Notes under the pieces: generated by a model
Databases searched by the model: none
What the model was told of the DNA's origin: nothing
The model's input: the letters and a program-made list of their open reading frames with translations, nothing else
Shown here: piece after piece, positions 17,330 to 27,114 of the stretch
Layout of the letters: the number at the start of each line of letters is the position of its first letter
Position numbering within the stretch: position 1 is the stretch's first letter
Program-made: the position numbers and the translations under genes
From: an uncultured Planctomycetia bacterium
Lineage (GTDB): Bacteria > Omnitrophota > Gorgyraeia > Gorgyraeales > Gorgyraeaceae
Assembly: GCA_964415355.1 (NCBI GenBank)
Contig: CAYPYS010000007.1
Coordinates: 11,208-75,207 of the forward strand
Direction of reading: 5' to 3'
Length of the DNA: 64,000 bases

Positions 17330-19420
17330 ATGTTATTTTTGGCACCGATTGGTTCTGTGATAGCTATAATTTTCGCTATTTTTCTAATCTTAAAAATATT
17401 GCGCCAGGACGAGGGCACGGCTGAGATGAAGGAGATCGCAGCTTGTGTCAGGGAGGGTGCTTATGCCTACATTAAAAGGCAATACTCGATCGTAGGCATA
17501 TTTTTTGCCGTTACTTTTTCTGTTTTATTTTTACTTTATTTACGAGGTTACCTTATTATATTTGTTCCATTTGCATTTCTGACAGGTGGTTTCTTTTCAG
17601 GCCTTTGTGGATTTATCGGTATGAGCGTTGCGACTCAATCGAGCGCAAGGACTACGGCTGCGGCGCGTACCAGCTTGAATGGCGCGTTACGCGTGGCCTT
17701 CTCGAGCGGCGCCGTGATGGGCTTGATGGTGGTCGGTCTCGGACTTTTGGACCTGAGCATATGGTATTATTTCTTAAATTGGTATTATAGGAACCTCGAT
17801 GAGGCGATCAGGATTCAGAATATTACGAGCACCATGTTGAATTTTGGTATGGGCGCGAGTTTTATGGCGTTGTTCGCGCGCGTAGGCGGCGGGATCTTTA
17901 CAAAGGCGGCAGATGTCGGCGCAGACCTCGTCGGTAAAGTCGAAGCAGGCATACCCGAAGACGACCCGCGCAATCCGGCCGTGATCGCTGACAATGTAGG
18001 TGACAATGTCGGTGATGTCGCAGGCATGGGCGCGGATCTCTACGAGTCGTACGTGGGTTCGATCGTAGCGACAATGGCGCTGGGCTCAGCTGCATTCATA
18101 CAGTATGGGAAGAGCTTGAAAGGCATTACCATCCCTTTGGTAATAGCAGCCGTAGGAGTCATTGCGAGTTTGATCGGCACGTTATTTGTGCGCTCCGGAG
18201 AAAAGGCTGAGCAGCATGAATTGCTTTTGGCGCTGAGAAAAGGAATTTTTACGAGCGCAGCACTTATCGCGATCAGTTCTTATTTTGTAATAAAGTTTGT
18301 TTTGGGTGTGGAGTTTATAGGAGTGTATTGGGCTGTTTTTTCAGGTCTGGTCGCAGGGATCATAATCGGTCTTTCAACAGAATATTTTACGTCTGACAAA
18401 TATTCGCCGACGCGCACAGTAGCCAAGTCCGCGCGCACAGGGCCTGCTACTGTGATCATAGAGGGCTTGTCAGTCGGTATGCTTTCGACCGCTATTCCTG
18501 TTGTTGCTATTGCGGCTGCAATACTTGCGAGTTTTTATTTTTCAGGCGGCGCGAGAGATTTTAATCTTGGATTGTACGGCGTTGGCATTGCCGCTGTCGG
18601 CATGCTAAGCACTTTGGGCATAACGCTTGCGACAGATGCTTACGGGCCAGTCGCAGACAATGCCGGAGGCAACGCAGAGATGTCACATCAGCCGCCAGAG
18701 GTACGACGCCGAACAGACGCGCTAGACACATTAGGTAACACCACTGCTGCCACAGGTAAAGGTTTTGCAATTGGCTCTGCTGCGCTATCTGCTCTCGCAT
18801 TGATCGCTGCTTACAGAGAGCATTTACATTTATTGGGTAAGGAAGTAAATACAGATCTCATGAACCCACGCCTCTTGGCAGGCCTTTTTATAGGAGGCAT
18901 GCTTCCGTTTGCTTTTTGCTCGCTTACAATGAGTGCAGTCGGCCGCGCAGCTTCGAGTGTCGTGATGGAAGTGAGGCGACAGTTTAGAGAGATAAAGGGT
19001 TTGATGGAAGGCAGGGAAAAGCCGGATTACGCGAATTGTGTGACCATTGTCACGAAGAGCGCGCAGAAAGAGATGGTATTGCCGTCGCTCCTCGCAATAC
19101 TAGCGCCGGTTGTCGTTGGGCTTTCGATGGGGATAGAGGCAGGCGTTGGACTTTTAGTTGGCGCGCTAGTCTCTGGATTTGTGCTTGCGATCATGATGGC
19201 CAATGCAGGCGGCACATGGGACAACGCAAAGAAATACGTAGAGAGTGGCGCAGAAGGCGGCAAAGGCTCTTCTGCTCATAAGGCAACAGTAGTTGGTGAC
19301 ACAGTAGGGGACCCGTTTAAAGACACGTCAGGTCCTTCATTGAATATATTATTGAAGCTGATGTCAATGGTCTCCATTGTCTTCGCTTCTTTTATAATAT
19401 CCAACACGCTTTTTAAATAA
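17330..19420 (+). CDS. hppA: Membrane-integral ion-translocating pyrophosphatase (K+-dependent subtype by the Ala in GNTTAA)
   Basis: 'GDNVGDVAGMGADL', 'GNTTAATGKGFAIGSAAL', 'DTVGDPFKDTSGPSLN'; many TM helices. Confidence 0.95.
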   Translation: MLFLAPIGSVIAIIFAIFLILKILRQDEGTAEMKEIAACVREGAYAYIKRQYSIVGIFFAVTFSVLFLLYLRGYLIIFVPFAFLTGGFFSGLCGFIGMSVATQSSARTTAAARTSLNGALRVAFSSGAVMGLMVVGLGLLDLSIWYYFLNWYYRNLDEAIRIQNITSTMLNFGMGASFMALFARVGGGIFTKAADVGADLVGKVEAGIPEDDPRNPAVIADNVGDNVGDVAGMGADLYESYVGSIVATMALGSAAFIQYGKSLKGITIPLVIAAVGVIASLIGTLFVRSGEKAEQHELLLALRKGIFTSAALIAISSYFVIKFVLGVEFIGVYWAVFSGLVAGIIIGLSTEYFTSDKYSPTRTVAKSARTGPATVIIEGLSVGMLSTAIPVVAIAAAILASFYFSGGARDFNLGLYGVGIAAVGMLSTLGITLATDAYGPVADNAGGNAEMSHQPPEVRRRTDALDTLGNTTAATGKGFAIGSAALSALALIAAYREHLHLLGKEVNTDLMNPRLLAGLFIGGMLPFAFCSLTMSAVGRAASSVVMEVRRQFREIKGLMEGREKPDYANCVTIVTKSAQKEMVLPSLLAILAPVVVGLSMGIEAGVGLLVGALVSGFVLAIMMANAGGTWDNAKKYVESGAEGGKGSSAHKATVVGDTVGDPFKDTSGPSLNILLKLMSMVSIVFASFIISNTLFK

Positions 19421-19422
19421 GC

Positions 19423-19460
19423 TAACTTTACACTTTAACGTTGTTGAAATGTAAAGTTAG
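19423..19460 (+). repeat. Palindromic repeat copy 14 (T1, fwd)
   Basis: taactttacactttaacgttgttgaaatgtaaagttag; begins 3 nt after the hppA stop. Confidence 0.9.
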
Positions 19461-19476
19461 GAATGAACGAAACTGC

Positions 19477-19505
19477 TTGACTTTAAAGAGATAGCGTATT
19501 ATATT
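19477..19505 (+). promoter_or_regulatory. Sigma70-type promoter upstream of the OmpA-like gene
   Basis: TTGACT (19477-19482), 17-nt spacer, TATATT (19500-19505). Confidence 0.55.
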
Positions 19506-19528
19506 AAAGAAAAACTAGGAGGTAAAAC

Positions 19529-20260
19529 ATGCTCTCCCAAAAAGGTTTATTTTATGCGGTTTTAGGCGTAATTGTCCTTTCTATGTTGACCACCGGATGT
19601 TCGATTACAATCCAAAAAGGCAGACGCAGCGATATTGAAAAGATCGAATCTCTGCAGTATGAACTGGATGCTATGAATCTAAGGTTAAAGCAGCTACAGG
19701 ACGAGAAAGGTAAGGAAGTATCTCAACTCGAAAACGCTAAGAAGCTTTTGGAAAAGCAGTTGAAAAAGGAAATAGGCGACAAGGATGTCCGTCTCGAGAT
19801 GGCAGAGAGAGGTCTCGTGATTATATTTCTGGCAGAGGTTCTTTTTGATTCTGGTAAGTCGGATATAAAAGAAGAAGCACATTCAGCTCTGGAGAAGATA
19901 GCAAAAATCCTAAATAAAAATGTCGCGGACAGGAATATAGGCATAGAAGGTCATACGGATAACGAACCTATTAAATATTCAGGCTGGAAGTCGAATTGGG
20001 AACTTTCGACAGCAAGGGCTACCAGCGTTTTGCATTATTTAGAAGATGAGAAAGGCCTTGACCCAAAGAGGCTTTCCGCGACAGGTTATGCTCAACACAG
20101 GCCAGTGGCGTCTAATGACGACGAAGAAGGCCGCAGGCAGAACAGGCGCGTTGAAATAGTCATACTTCCAAAGAACATCGAAAAGATTCAGGCAGACATA
20201 GATAAATTAGAGAAGAGGAAGAAGAGGATAGAGAAGCGCTTAAAGCGATACAAGAAATAA
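19529..20260 (+). CDS. OmpA/MotB-domain lipoprotein with coiled-coil segments
   Basis: Lipobox 'LTTGC'. OmpA-like C-domain 'GHTDNEP...NWELSTARATSV...NRRVEIVI'. Confidence 0.8.
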   Translation: MLSQKGLFYAVLGVIVLSMLTTGCSITIQKGRRSDIEKIESLQYELDAMNLRLKQLQDEKGKEVSQLENAKKLLEKQLKKEIGDKDVRLEMAERGLVIIFLAEVLFDSGKSDIKEEAHSALEKIAKILNKNVADRNIGIEGHTDNEPIKYSGWKSNWELSTARATSVLHYLEDEKGLDPKRLSATGYAQHRPVASNDDEEGRRQNRRVEIVILPKNIEKIQADIDKLEKRKKRIEKRLKRYKK

Positions 20261-20296
20261 CTTTACATTTCAACAACGTTAAAGTGTAAAGTTAAG
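20258..20296 (-). repeat. Palindromic repeat copy 15 (T1, rev)
   Basis: taactttacatttcaacaacgttaaagtgtaaagttaag; TAA is the stop of the OmpA-like gene. Confidence 0.9.
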
Positions 20297-20305
20297 AACC
20301 ATAGA

Positions 20306-20350
20306 GAAACGCGAATCGCGCTTTTTAAAAGACGCGTTTCGCGTTTTTTT
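20306..20350 (+). terminator. Terminator-like hairpin(s) plus T7 tract after the OmpA-like gene
   Basis: gaaacgcg (20306-20313) pairs with cgcgtttc (20333-20340). An alternative short stem is acgcg/cgcgt (20332-20344). A T-run follows to 20350. Confidence 0.45.
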
Positions 20351-20361
20351 ATAAAGAAAAT

Positions 20362-21057
20362 ATGAGCACGCCGAAGCATATCGCAATAATAATGGACGGG
20401 AACGGACGTTGGGCTAGAAAACGCGGCCTCCCAAAGATAATGGGTCACAAGAAAGGGGTTGAGACTGTAAAAAAGATAGTCAAGGCCTGTATAAAATTTA
20501 AAATAAAATATTTAACGCTCTACACTTTTTCTACTGAAAATTGGAACCGTCCGACAAAAGAAGTGAAAGCGCTCTTTAAACTATTGTATCAATTTTTAGA
20601 CAGGCAGAGTAAGCTTTTTCACGACAACAAGGTAAGATTTTGCGTGATTGGTGAAAGAGATAAAATTGACGGAAGCTTGAAGAAGAAGATAGAAAAGACA
20701 GAGAGAGATACAAGGAACTATGATACGTTGCGGGTTAATATCGCCTTGAGTTATGGCGGGAGGCAAGAGATCTTAAGCGCTACAAGGTCAATAGCGGAAA
20801 AGATCAAAAGCGGAACTTTAAAGCCTGAAGAGATAGATGAAAATATTTTTTCAAATCAGCTTTATACGCGTGAGTGCCCTGACCCGGATTTATTAATAAG
20901 GACTAGCGGAGAGATGCGCGTTTCAAATTTTTTATTGTGGCAGATCTCTTACGCTGAGCTCTATGTCACTGAAAAACTTTGGCCTGATTTCAGTGAGCAG
21001 GATTTAAAAAACGCAATAGAGGAATACAGGAAACGGGAACGGAAGTTCGGTAGATAA
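20362..21057 (+). CDS. uppS: Undecaprenyl-diphosphate synthase (isoprenyl transferase)
   Basis: 'HIAIIMDGNGRWA', 'FSTENWNRP', 'IRTSGEMRVSNFLLWQ'. Confidence 0.95.
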   Translation: MSTPKHIAIIMDGNGRWARKRGLPKIMGHKKGVETVKKIVKACIKFKIKYLTLYTFSTENWNRPTKEVKALFKLLYQFLDRQSKLFHDNKVRFCVIGERDKIDGSLKKKIEKTERDTRNYDTLRVNIALSYGGRQEILSATRSIAEKIKSGTLKPEEIDENIFSNQLYTRECPDPDLLIRTSGEMRVSNFLLWQISYAELYVTEKLWPDFSEQDLKNAIEEYRKRERKFGR

Positions 21058-21093
21058 CTTTACACTTTAACGTTGTTAAAGTGTAAAGTTAAG
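21055..21093 (+). repeat. Palindromic repeat copy 16 (T1, fwd, perfectly complementary arms)
   Basis: taactttacactttaacgttgttaaagtgtaaagttaag; TAA is the uppS stop. Confidence 0.9.
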
Positions 21094-21096
21094 GAT

Positions 21097-21138
21097 CTTA
21101 AGTATACATTTCAACAATGTTAAAATGTATACTTAAAG
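21097..21138 (-). repeat. Palindromic repeat copy 17 (T2, rev), tandem to copy 16
   Basis: cttaagtatacatttcaacaatgttaaaatgtatacttaaag. Confidence 0.85.
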
Positions 21139-21160
21139 GCAACAAAGCTACAGGTGAAAT

Positions 21161-21967
21161 ATGCTTAAGCGCACGATCAGTTCAATAATACTAATATTTA
21201 TTACACTTATTACGATATTTTTATTGCCTGTATGGGCTTTTAGCATAGTAGCGTCTGTATTTATAGGATTGGGACTTTACGAATTTTTCAGGTTGAATTC
21301 TAAGGATTTGTTTCCAAAGAGCTTTATAATCCTGGGTATATTTTTTAGTGCCCTCCTTCCTTATATAACATATTTTTACAGGCCTGCCGGCGGACTGTGG
21401 GAGGCGTTGTTTTTTATCCTGGTCTTGATCACGCTTTTTCTCATAGAGTTTACCAGACGAGAAAATCAAAACGCAGTGGTGCTGATTGCAGTGACGCTAT
21501 TTGGTATTTTTTACGTTGGCTGGTTTTTTACGTTTCTTGTAAAGATAAGATTTTTGGAAGAAGGGCATAAGCTGGTTGCATTTTTGCTATTGGTGACCAA
21601 GTCAGGAGATATCGGCGCGTATTTAATCGGTACATATTTAGGAAAACATCCCCTCATCCCCAGGATAAGTCCAAAAAAGTCGGTCGAAGGAGCTATAGGC
21701 GGATTTTTGTTCAGCATTGTTTTTGCTATTTTGGGGCGATCATTTTTAGGGCCGCTGTCGCTTGGCGTTGCACTTGGAGCAGGGATATTGATTGGAATCT
21801 TTGCTCAACTCGGAGACCTGGCAGAGAGCCTTGTGAAGCGAGATTATAGAGTCAAGGATTCGAGTCCCTTTTTCCCGGGCCTGGGCGGCATGTTGGATGT
21901 AATTGACAGCATTCTCTTTACTGCCCCGATTTTTTATATCTACTTAAACGTTATAATGTGGCTTTAA
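21161..21967 (+). CDS. cdsA: Phosphatidate cytidylyltransferase
   Basis: Polytopic membrane protein with a CdsA signature-like 'SLVKRDYRVKDSSPFFPGLGGMLDVIDS'. Conserved uppS-cdsA-dxr-rseP synteny. Confidence 0.8.
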   Translation: MLKRTISSIILIFITLITIFLLPVWAFSIVASVFIGLGLYEFFRLNSKDLFPKSFIILGIFFSALLPYITYFYRPAGGLWEALFFILVLITLFLIEFTRRENQNAVVLIAVTLFGIFYVGWFFTFLVKIRFLEEGHKLVAFLLLVTKSGDIGAYLIGTYLGKHPLIPRISPKKSVEGAIGGFLFSIVFAILGRSFLGPLSLGVALGAGILIGIFAQLGDLAESLVKRDYRVKDSSPFFPGLGGMLDVIDSILFTAPIFYIYLNVIMWL

Positions 21968-22002
21968 CTTTACATTTCAACAACGTTAAAGTGTAAAGTT
22001 AG
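21965..22002 (-). repeat. Palindromic repeat copy 18 (T1, rev)
   Basis: taactttacatttcaacaacgttaaagtgtaaagttag; TAA is the cdsA stop. Confidence 0.9.
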
Positions 22003-22016
22003 ACGGATCAGGAGTT

Positions 22017-23162
22017 ATGCAGAAGGTATCAGTAATAGGTTCAACAGGTTCGATAGGTACGAGCGCGCTGGATGTGGTTTCCAGGTTTTCGGAGAAGTTC
22101 ACGGTAGACTCGCTTTCAACTTACTCTAATGCAGCGCTTTTGTGGCAGCAGGTGCAGAGATTCAGGCCAAAGGCAGTTTGTATTGTCAATACAAAGAAGG
22201 CGCAAGAATTCAGGAAGAGATTTAAAAAAGAGAGAATCTTGCTTTATGAAGGCGAGGCAGGTCTTCTGAGCATGATGAAAAGGCAAATTGATACGCTCGT
22301 TGTAGGCGTGGTAGGTTCGTCCGCGCTCCTTCCTATTTTAACGGCGCTTTCTAATATAAAGCGGCTCGCTCTTGCTAATAAAGAGGCACTTGTCATGGCA
22401 GGTGATATTATCATGCAGAAGGCCAGACGCAATAAAGTCACGGTTTTGCCTGTCGATAGCGAACACAACGCGATATTCCAATGCATCGGGTCAAAAGATC
22501 CTTCAGGCATAAAAAATATTTATCTCACGGGCTCAGGCGGGCCATTGCTCAGAGTGCCAAAAAAAGATTTTAGAAAAATAGAGCCTGCGCAGGCAGTCAA
22601 TCACCCTAAATGGAAGATGGGGAAAAAGATATCCATAGATTCAGCAACTATGATGAATAAAGGACTTGAGGTGATTGAGGCGCATCACCTTTTTGGTGTG
22701 GAAATAGACAGCATCAAGGTACTGATTCACCCGGAGACAGTCGTGCATTCAATGGTGGAATTCGTGGACGGCTCTATATTAGCTCATATGGGTACATGCG
22801 ATATGAGGATGCCGATACAATATGCACTTACATATCCGTTGCGTGATACCTCGTCAGTAAAAGGCGTCATGTTTTCTAAGTTAAAGGCATTGCATTTCGA
22901 CGAACCTGACTTTGGGAAATTCCCGTGCTTGCGACTTGCGTATGAAGCTGCTCGGACAGGAGGCACGTATCCGTGCGCCCTAAACGCGTCGAATGAGGTC
23001 GTCGTGGAAGAATTTTTGAAGGGGCGGTTGCGATTTCCGGATATACCCAAGATAATAGAATGCATTTTAAGTCTGCATAAAAATATAAAAAACCCCAAAT
23101 TAAAGGATATATTAGGGGTTGATAAATGGGCGAAAGAAAAAACCATGGCCTTGCTAAAATAG
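22017..23162 (+). CDS. dxr: 1-deoxy-D-xylulose-5-phosphate reductoisomerase
   Basis: 'GSTGSIGTSALDV', 'LANKEALV', 'PVDSEHNAIFQC', 'NKGLEVIEAHHLF'. Confidence 0.95.
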   Translation: MQKVSVIGSTGSIGTSALDVVSRFSEKFTVDSLSTYSNAALLWQQVQRFRPKAVCIVNTKKAQEFRKRFKKERILLYEGEAGLLSMMKRQIDTLVVGVVGSSALLPILTALSNIKRLALANKEALVMAGDIIMQKARRNKVTVLPVDSEHNAIFQCIGSKDPSGIKNIYLTGSGGPLLRVPKKDFRKIEPAQAVNHPKWKMGKKISIDSATMMNKGLEVIEAHHLFGVEIDSIKVLIHPETVVHSMVEFVDGSILAHMGTCDMRMPIQYALTYPLRDTSSVKGVMFSKLKALHFDEPDFGKFPCLRLAYEAARTGGTYPCALNASNEVVVEEFLKGRLRFPDIPKIIECILSLHKNIKNPKLKDILGVDKWAKEKTMALLK

Positions 23163-23169
23163 GCATGCT

Positions 23170-23207
23170 TAACTTTACACTTTAACGTTGTTGAAATGTA
23201 AAGTTAG
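23170..23207 (+). repeat. Palindromic repeat copy 19 (T1, fwd)
   Basis: taactttacactttaacgttgttgaaatgtaaagttag; 8 nt after the dxr TAG stop. Confidence 0.9.
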
Positions 23208-23216
23208 GGAGACAGG

Positions 23217-24302
23217 ATGTTGGCAACAGTTAGTTTTATAGCAGTATTGAGTATTTTGGTGATCGTGCATGAATTCGGGCATTTTATCGTCGCGAAAAAG
23301 ACTGGTGTGCGCGTTGAGAAATTCTCCGTAGGTTTTGGTCCAGAGGTTTTCGGGGTTACAAAAGGTGGCACGCGCTATAGTATTTCACTTATACCTTTGG
23401 GCGGATATGTAAAACTTGCAGGTGAGACTGGCGAAGAGGAGCTAAAGGGCGAGAGTTGGGAATATTTATCGCGTACAGTCGGCGAACGTGCGAAAATAAT
23501 TTTTGCTGGTCCGTTATTGAACTATATATTGGCATTTTTTATATTTTCATTTATTTTTGTAATCGGCTATCCGACATTGACTACGAAGATAGGCCAGGTT
23601 ATCTCGGATTATCCGGGCGCCGCAGCTGGCGTGAAAGCAGGCGATGTGATTTTAGAGATAAACGGCCAGGAAGTAAATTACTGGGAAGATGTTACTAATA
23701 GCATTCACACTAATAAAGAACCAGAGATAGATCTTTTGGTAGAGAGAGGCGGGAGGCTGGTGGATCTAAAGGTCACGCCAAAATCTCAAGAGGTCAAAAC
23801 GATATTTGGTTCTAAGAAGCGAGTTGGTCTTATAGGCATTATGCCTAGCGAGGAAATCGTATACGTAAGGCACAATGTCATAAAGTCTGTTTATATGGGC
23901 GGTAAAAAATTGGTCATGCTCACCTATATTACTTACAGGGCATTGTGGGCGAGTTTTACAGGTGTCATCCCTTTCAAAGAATCGATTACAGGGCCTGTTG
24001 GCATATTTTATATAACAGGCCAGGCAGCCAGGATGGGGATTGTGTATCTTTTGCATATCATGGGGATTTTAAGCGCATCGCTAGCGATATTTAATCTCTT
24101 GCCGGTGCCAGTGCTCGACGGTGGCCACCTTTTATTTATAGCAATAGAAAAAGTAAGGCGTAAGCCTGTTTCGCACAGGGTGCAGGAGAACATAACGCAG
24201 GTGGGTCTGGCGCTGATCATATGCATGATGCTTTTTGTTTTTTATAATGACTTCATGCGATTTGGTATTTTTGAAAAGATCGCGGGACTCTGGCAAAAAT
24301 AA
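23217..24302 (+). CDS. rseP: RIP metalloprotease RseP (site-2 protease, M50)
   Basis: 'HEFGHF' motif, a central PDZ-like region, 'NLLPVPVLDGGH'. Confidence 0.85.
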   Translation: MLATVSFIAVLSILVIVHEFGHFIVAKKTGVRVEKFSVGFGPEVFGVTKGGTRYSISLIPLGGYVKLAGETGEEELKGESWEYLSRTVGERAKIIFAGPLLNYILAFFIFSFIFVIGYPTLTTKIGQVISDYPGAAAGVKAGDVILEINGQEVNYWEDVTNSIHTNKEPEIDLLVERGGRLVDLKVTPKSQEVKTIFGSKKRVGLIGIMPSEEIVYVRHNVIKSVYMGGKKLVMLTYITYRALWASFTGVIPFKESITGPVGIFYITGQAARMGIVYLLHIMGILSASLAIFNLLPVPVLDGGHLLFIAIEKVRRKPVSHRVQENITQVGLALIICMMLFVFYNDFMRFGIFEKIAGLWQK

Positions 24303-24338
24303 GCAAAAAATAGAACAAGGGAATTCTTAAGGCCTTGC

Positions 24339-24376
24339 TAACTTTACACTTTAACGTTGTTGAAATGTAAACTTAG
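24339..24376 (+). repeat. Palindromic repeat copy 20 (T1, fwd, GTAAACTT arm)
   Basis: taactttacactttaacgttgttgaaatgtaaacttag; 36 nt after the rseP stop. Confidence 0.9.
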
Positions 24377-24384
24377 GAGAGGGG

Positions 24385-25380
24385 ATGACGAGGCAGATTA
24401 GGGTTGGAAGGATTAAGATAGGAGGAGGTGCTCCAATCGCAGTGCAGTCAATGACAAAGACTGACACGCGTGATGTGGCTGCAACTGTCAGCGAGATAAA
24501 GGAGCTGGAGCGGGCCGGGTGTGAACTGGTGCGCGTTGCAGTAAAGGATTTTCAGTCAGCGAGCGCGCTAAAGAAGATTAAAAAGAAGGTACGGATACCG
24601 CTCGTAGCCGATATACACTTTGATTATCGCCTGGCGCTGGAGGCAATAGAATATGGCGCTGACAAGATCAGGCTGAATCCGGGGAATATTCATAAAGAGG
24701 CGCAGGTTCGCGAGGTAGCGCGCCTTGCAAAGAAAAGACGCGTGCCGATAAGAGTGGGCGTGAATTCAGGGTCGGTAAAAGGGAATGATTTAGTAAAGCC
24801 GGCGTTGGATTTTATAAAGCTCTTGGAGAAGGCAAAGTTTTACGATATAATAGTTTCGTTAAAGGCATCGGATGTTTTAACGACAATAGATGCTTATAGA
24901 AGGTTTTCAAAAAAATCAAAATACCCGCTTCACTTAGGCATTACAGCAGCCGGACCCCTTGCGACAGGCCTTGTGAAGTCCAGTATAGGTATAGGCGTGC
25001 TGCTCTTAGAGGGCATTGGCGATACGATTAGAGTTTCTTTGACTGCGCATCCTTGTGAAGAAGTTATCGCAGCGAAAAATATTTTACAGACGCTTGGCCT
25101 GCGCCGATTCGGGCCGGATATAATCTCGTGTCCGACCTGCGGCCGATGCCAGGTGGATTTGCAGAAAATAGTAAGTGATTTAGAAAAACGCATTACGCAA
25201 ACAAACTCTATTAAGATCGCTGTAATGGGCTGCGAAGTCAATGGGCCCGGAGAAGCAAAGGAAGCAGACGTCGGCATTGCCTGCGGTAAAAAATCAGGAG
25301 TGATTTTTAAAAAAGGCAAGATTATAAAACGAGTAAAAGAAAAAGATATAGTTAAAAAACTTTTAAACGAGATACTATAG
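24385..25380 (+). CDS. ispG: 4-hydroxy-3-methylbut-2-en-1-yl diphosphate synthase
   Basis: 'GGGAPIAVQSMT', 'ADIHFDYRLA', Fe-S Cys 'CPTCGRC' and 'MGCEVNGPGE'. Confidence 0.95.
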   Translation: MTRQIRVGRIKIGGGAPIAVQSMTKTDTRDVAATVSEIKELERAGCELVRVAVKDFQSASALKKIKKKVRIPLVADIHFDYRLALEAIEYGADKIRLNPGNIHKEAQVREVARLAKKRRVPIRVGVNSGSVKGNDLVKPALDFIKLLEKAKFYDIIVSLKASDVLTTIDAYRRFSKKSKYPLHLGITAAGPLATGLVKSSIGIGVLLLEGIGDTIRVSLTAHPCEEVIAAKNILQTLGLRRFGPDIISCPTCGRCQVDLQKIVSDLEKRITQTNSIKIAVMGCEVNGPGEAKEADVGIACGKKSGVIFKKGKIIKRVKEKDIVKKLLNEIL

Positions 25381-25381
25381 C

Positions 25382-27091
25382 ATGCGTTGGACCAAATATT
25401 TCATCCCAACCCTAAAAGAAGTTCCTTCTGAGGCAGAGGCTGTAAGTCATCGCCTCATGATAAGGGCAGGTCTTATAAGAAAGCTTGCCTCAGGTGCATA
25501 CACATACCTTCCGCTCGGCCTCAGGATCTTGAAAAAAGTCGAAAACATAATCCGCGAAGAGATGAATAAAAAAGGAGCGCTCGAGCTTTTTCTGCCGTCG
25601 CTGCAGCCGGTCGAACTCTGGCACGAGTCAGGCCGTTACAAAGACCTGGGCGAAGATCTGATCAAGTTTAAAGATAGACACTCTCGCGTCATGGTCTTTG
25701 GGCCTACACACGAAGAGGTCATCACAGATCTTGTCCGAAATCACATTCGTTCCTATCGTCAGCTGCCCATAACCCTTTATCAGATCCAGACAAAATTCAG
25801 AGACGAGGTGCGGCCGCGCTTCGGAGTGATACGCAGTCGTGAATTCATAATGAAGGATGCCTACAGCTTTGACAGGGATAAGATCGGCCTGGACGAGAGC
25901 TATAAAAAGATGTATGAGGCTTATGAGGCTATTTTTAAAAGATGCGGCTTAAAAGTAATTGCAGTAGAAGCAGACTCCGGCGTAATGGGCGGAGATGTGT
26001 CGCATGAATTTATGATGCTCGCAGAAAGCGGCGAGGATCTTTTGGCGCACTGCCTGTCATGCGGGTATGCTGCGAGTATGCCGGTGGCAGAGTGTAAGGC
26101 TCAAGGTTTGAAGCTGAAGATCCAAGGGAAAAAGAAATTACAAGAAGTGGATACGCCCGGCGTTAGCACGATTGAAAAGGTCGGCGCGCTTCTAAAGACA
26201 AAGCCCGAGCAGATGGTCAAGACCCTTGTTTACGTTGCAGATGAAAAGCCGGTCGCAGTTCTTATTAGAGGAGACCATGAGGCAAACGAGGCAAAGATTA
26301 AGAAACATCTGGGCTGCGCTCACCTGGAGATGGCGACAGAAGACGTTATTAGAAAGGCGACGGGCGGACCTCTTGGGTTTTCAGGGCCGGTCGGGCTTCA
26401 AAACGTACAAATCATAGCCGACCACTATATTAAAGGTATTGCAAATTTTGTCACAGGTGCAAACAAAAAAGACAAGCACCTTATAAATGTTAATCCGGAC
26501 AGGGATTTTAATGTAGGAGAGTGGGCAGATTTAAGAATGATTACTGAAAAAGATAATTGTCCCAGATGCAATAAAAAGATAAAGATAGAGCATGCGATCG
26601 AGATGGGTCATGTGTTCAAGCTGGGATTAAAATACTCAAAGGCAATGAAGGCAGAGTTTTTAGATGAGGACGGCAAGCTCAAGCCATTGGTAATGGGTTG
26701 CTACGGCATAGGCGTGAACAGGATAATCGCAGCCAATATCGAACTCCACAATGATAAAAAAGGCATCATCTGGCCTTTTTCTATAGCGCCATTTCAGGCA
26801 ATAGTAATACCTTTAAATTATGAAAAACCAGAGATCCGCAAGGTCGCTGACGAGGTCTATGGCTTCTTGAGCGATAAAGGTGTAGAGGTCCTCCTGGACG
26901 ACAGGAACGACTCAGCCGGCGTCAAATTCAACGACGCCGAGCTCATTGGCATACCTTTCCAGATAGTTATCGGCGATAAAGGCCTCAAGAAAGGAATCGT
27001 CGAGATAAAGGATAGAGCAACAGGCGAGACTACAGAGCTTGATACAAAAAACCTCTCCAAAATTTCCACCCTGCTTAACTTTACACTTTAA
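25382..27091 (+). CDS. proS: Prolyl-tRNA synthetase
   Basis: Class II motif 2 'FRDEVRPRFGVIRSREFIMKDAYSF' and an editing-domain insertion. The last 5 codons (LNFTL) and the stop are supplied by the palindromic repeat. Confidence 0.95.
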   Translation: MRWTKYFIPTLKEVPSEAEAVSHRLMIRAGLIRKLASGAYTYLPLGLRILKKVENIIREEMNKKGALELFLPSLQPVELWHESGRYKDLGEDLIKFKDRHSRVMVFGPTHEEVITDLVRNHIRSYRQLPITLYQIQTKFRDEVRPRFGVIRSREFIMKDAYSFDRDKIGLDESYKKMYEAYEAIFKRCGLKVIAVEADSGVMGGDVSHEFMMLAESGEDLLAHCLSCGYAASMPVAECKAQGLKLKIQGKKKLQEVDTPGVSTIEKVGALLKTKPEQMVKTLVYVADEKPVAVLIRGDHEANEAKIKKHLGCAHLEMATEDVIRKATGGPLGFSGPVGLQNVQIIADHYIKGIANFVTGANKKDKHLINVNPDRDFNVGEWADLRMITEKDNCPRCNKKIKIEHAIEMGHVFKLGLKYSKAMKAEFLDEDGKLKPLVMGCYGIGVNRIIAANIELHNDKKGIIWPFSIAPFQAIVIPLNYEKPEIRKVADEVYGFLSDKGVEVLLDDRNDSAGVKFNDAELIGIPFQIVIGDKGLKKGIVEIKDRATGETTELDTKNLSKISTLLNFTL

Positions 27092-27113
27092 CGTTGTTGA
27101 AATGTAAACTTAG
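27076..27113 (+). repeat. Palindromic repeat copy 21 (T1, fwd) between convergent proS and the GT39 gene
   Basis: taactttacactttaacgttgttgaaatgtaaacttag. proS reads into it and stops at the internal TAA 27089-27091. The minus-strand gene's stop lies 2 nt beyond the other end. Confidence 0.9.
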
Positions 27114-27114
27114 G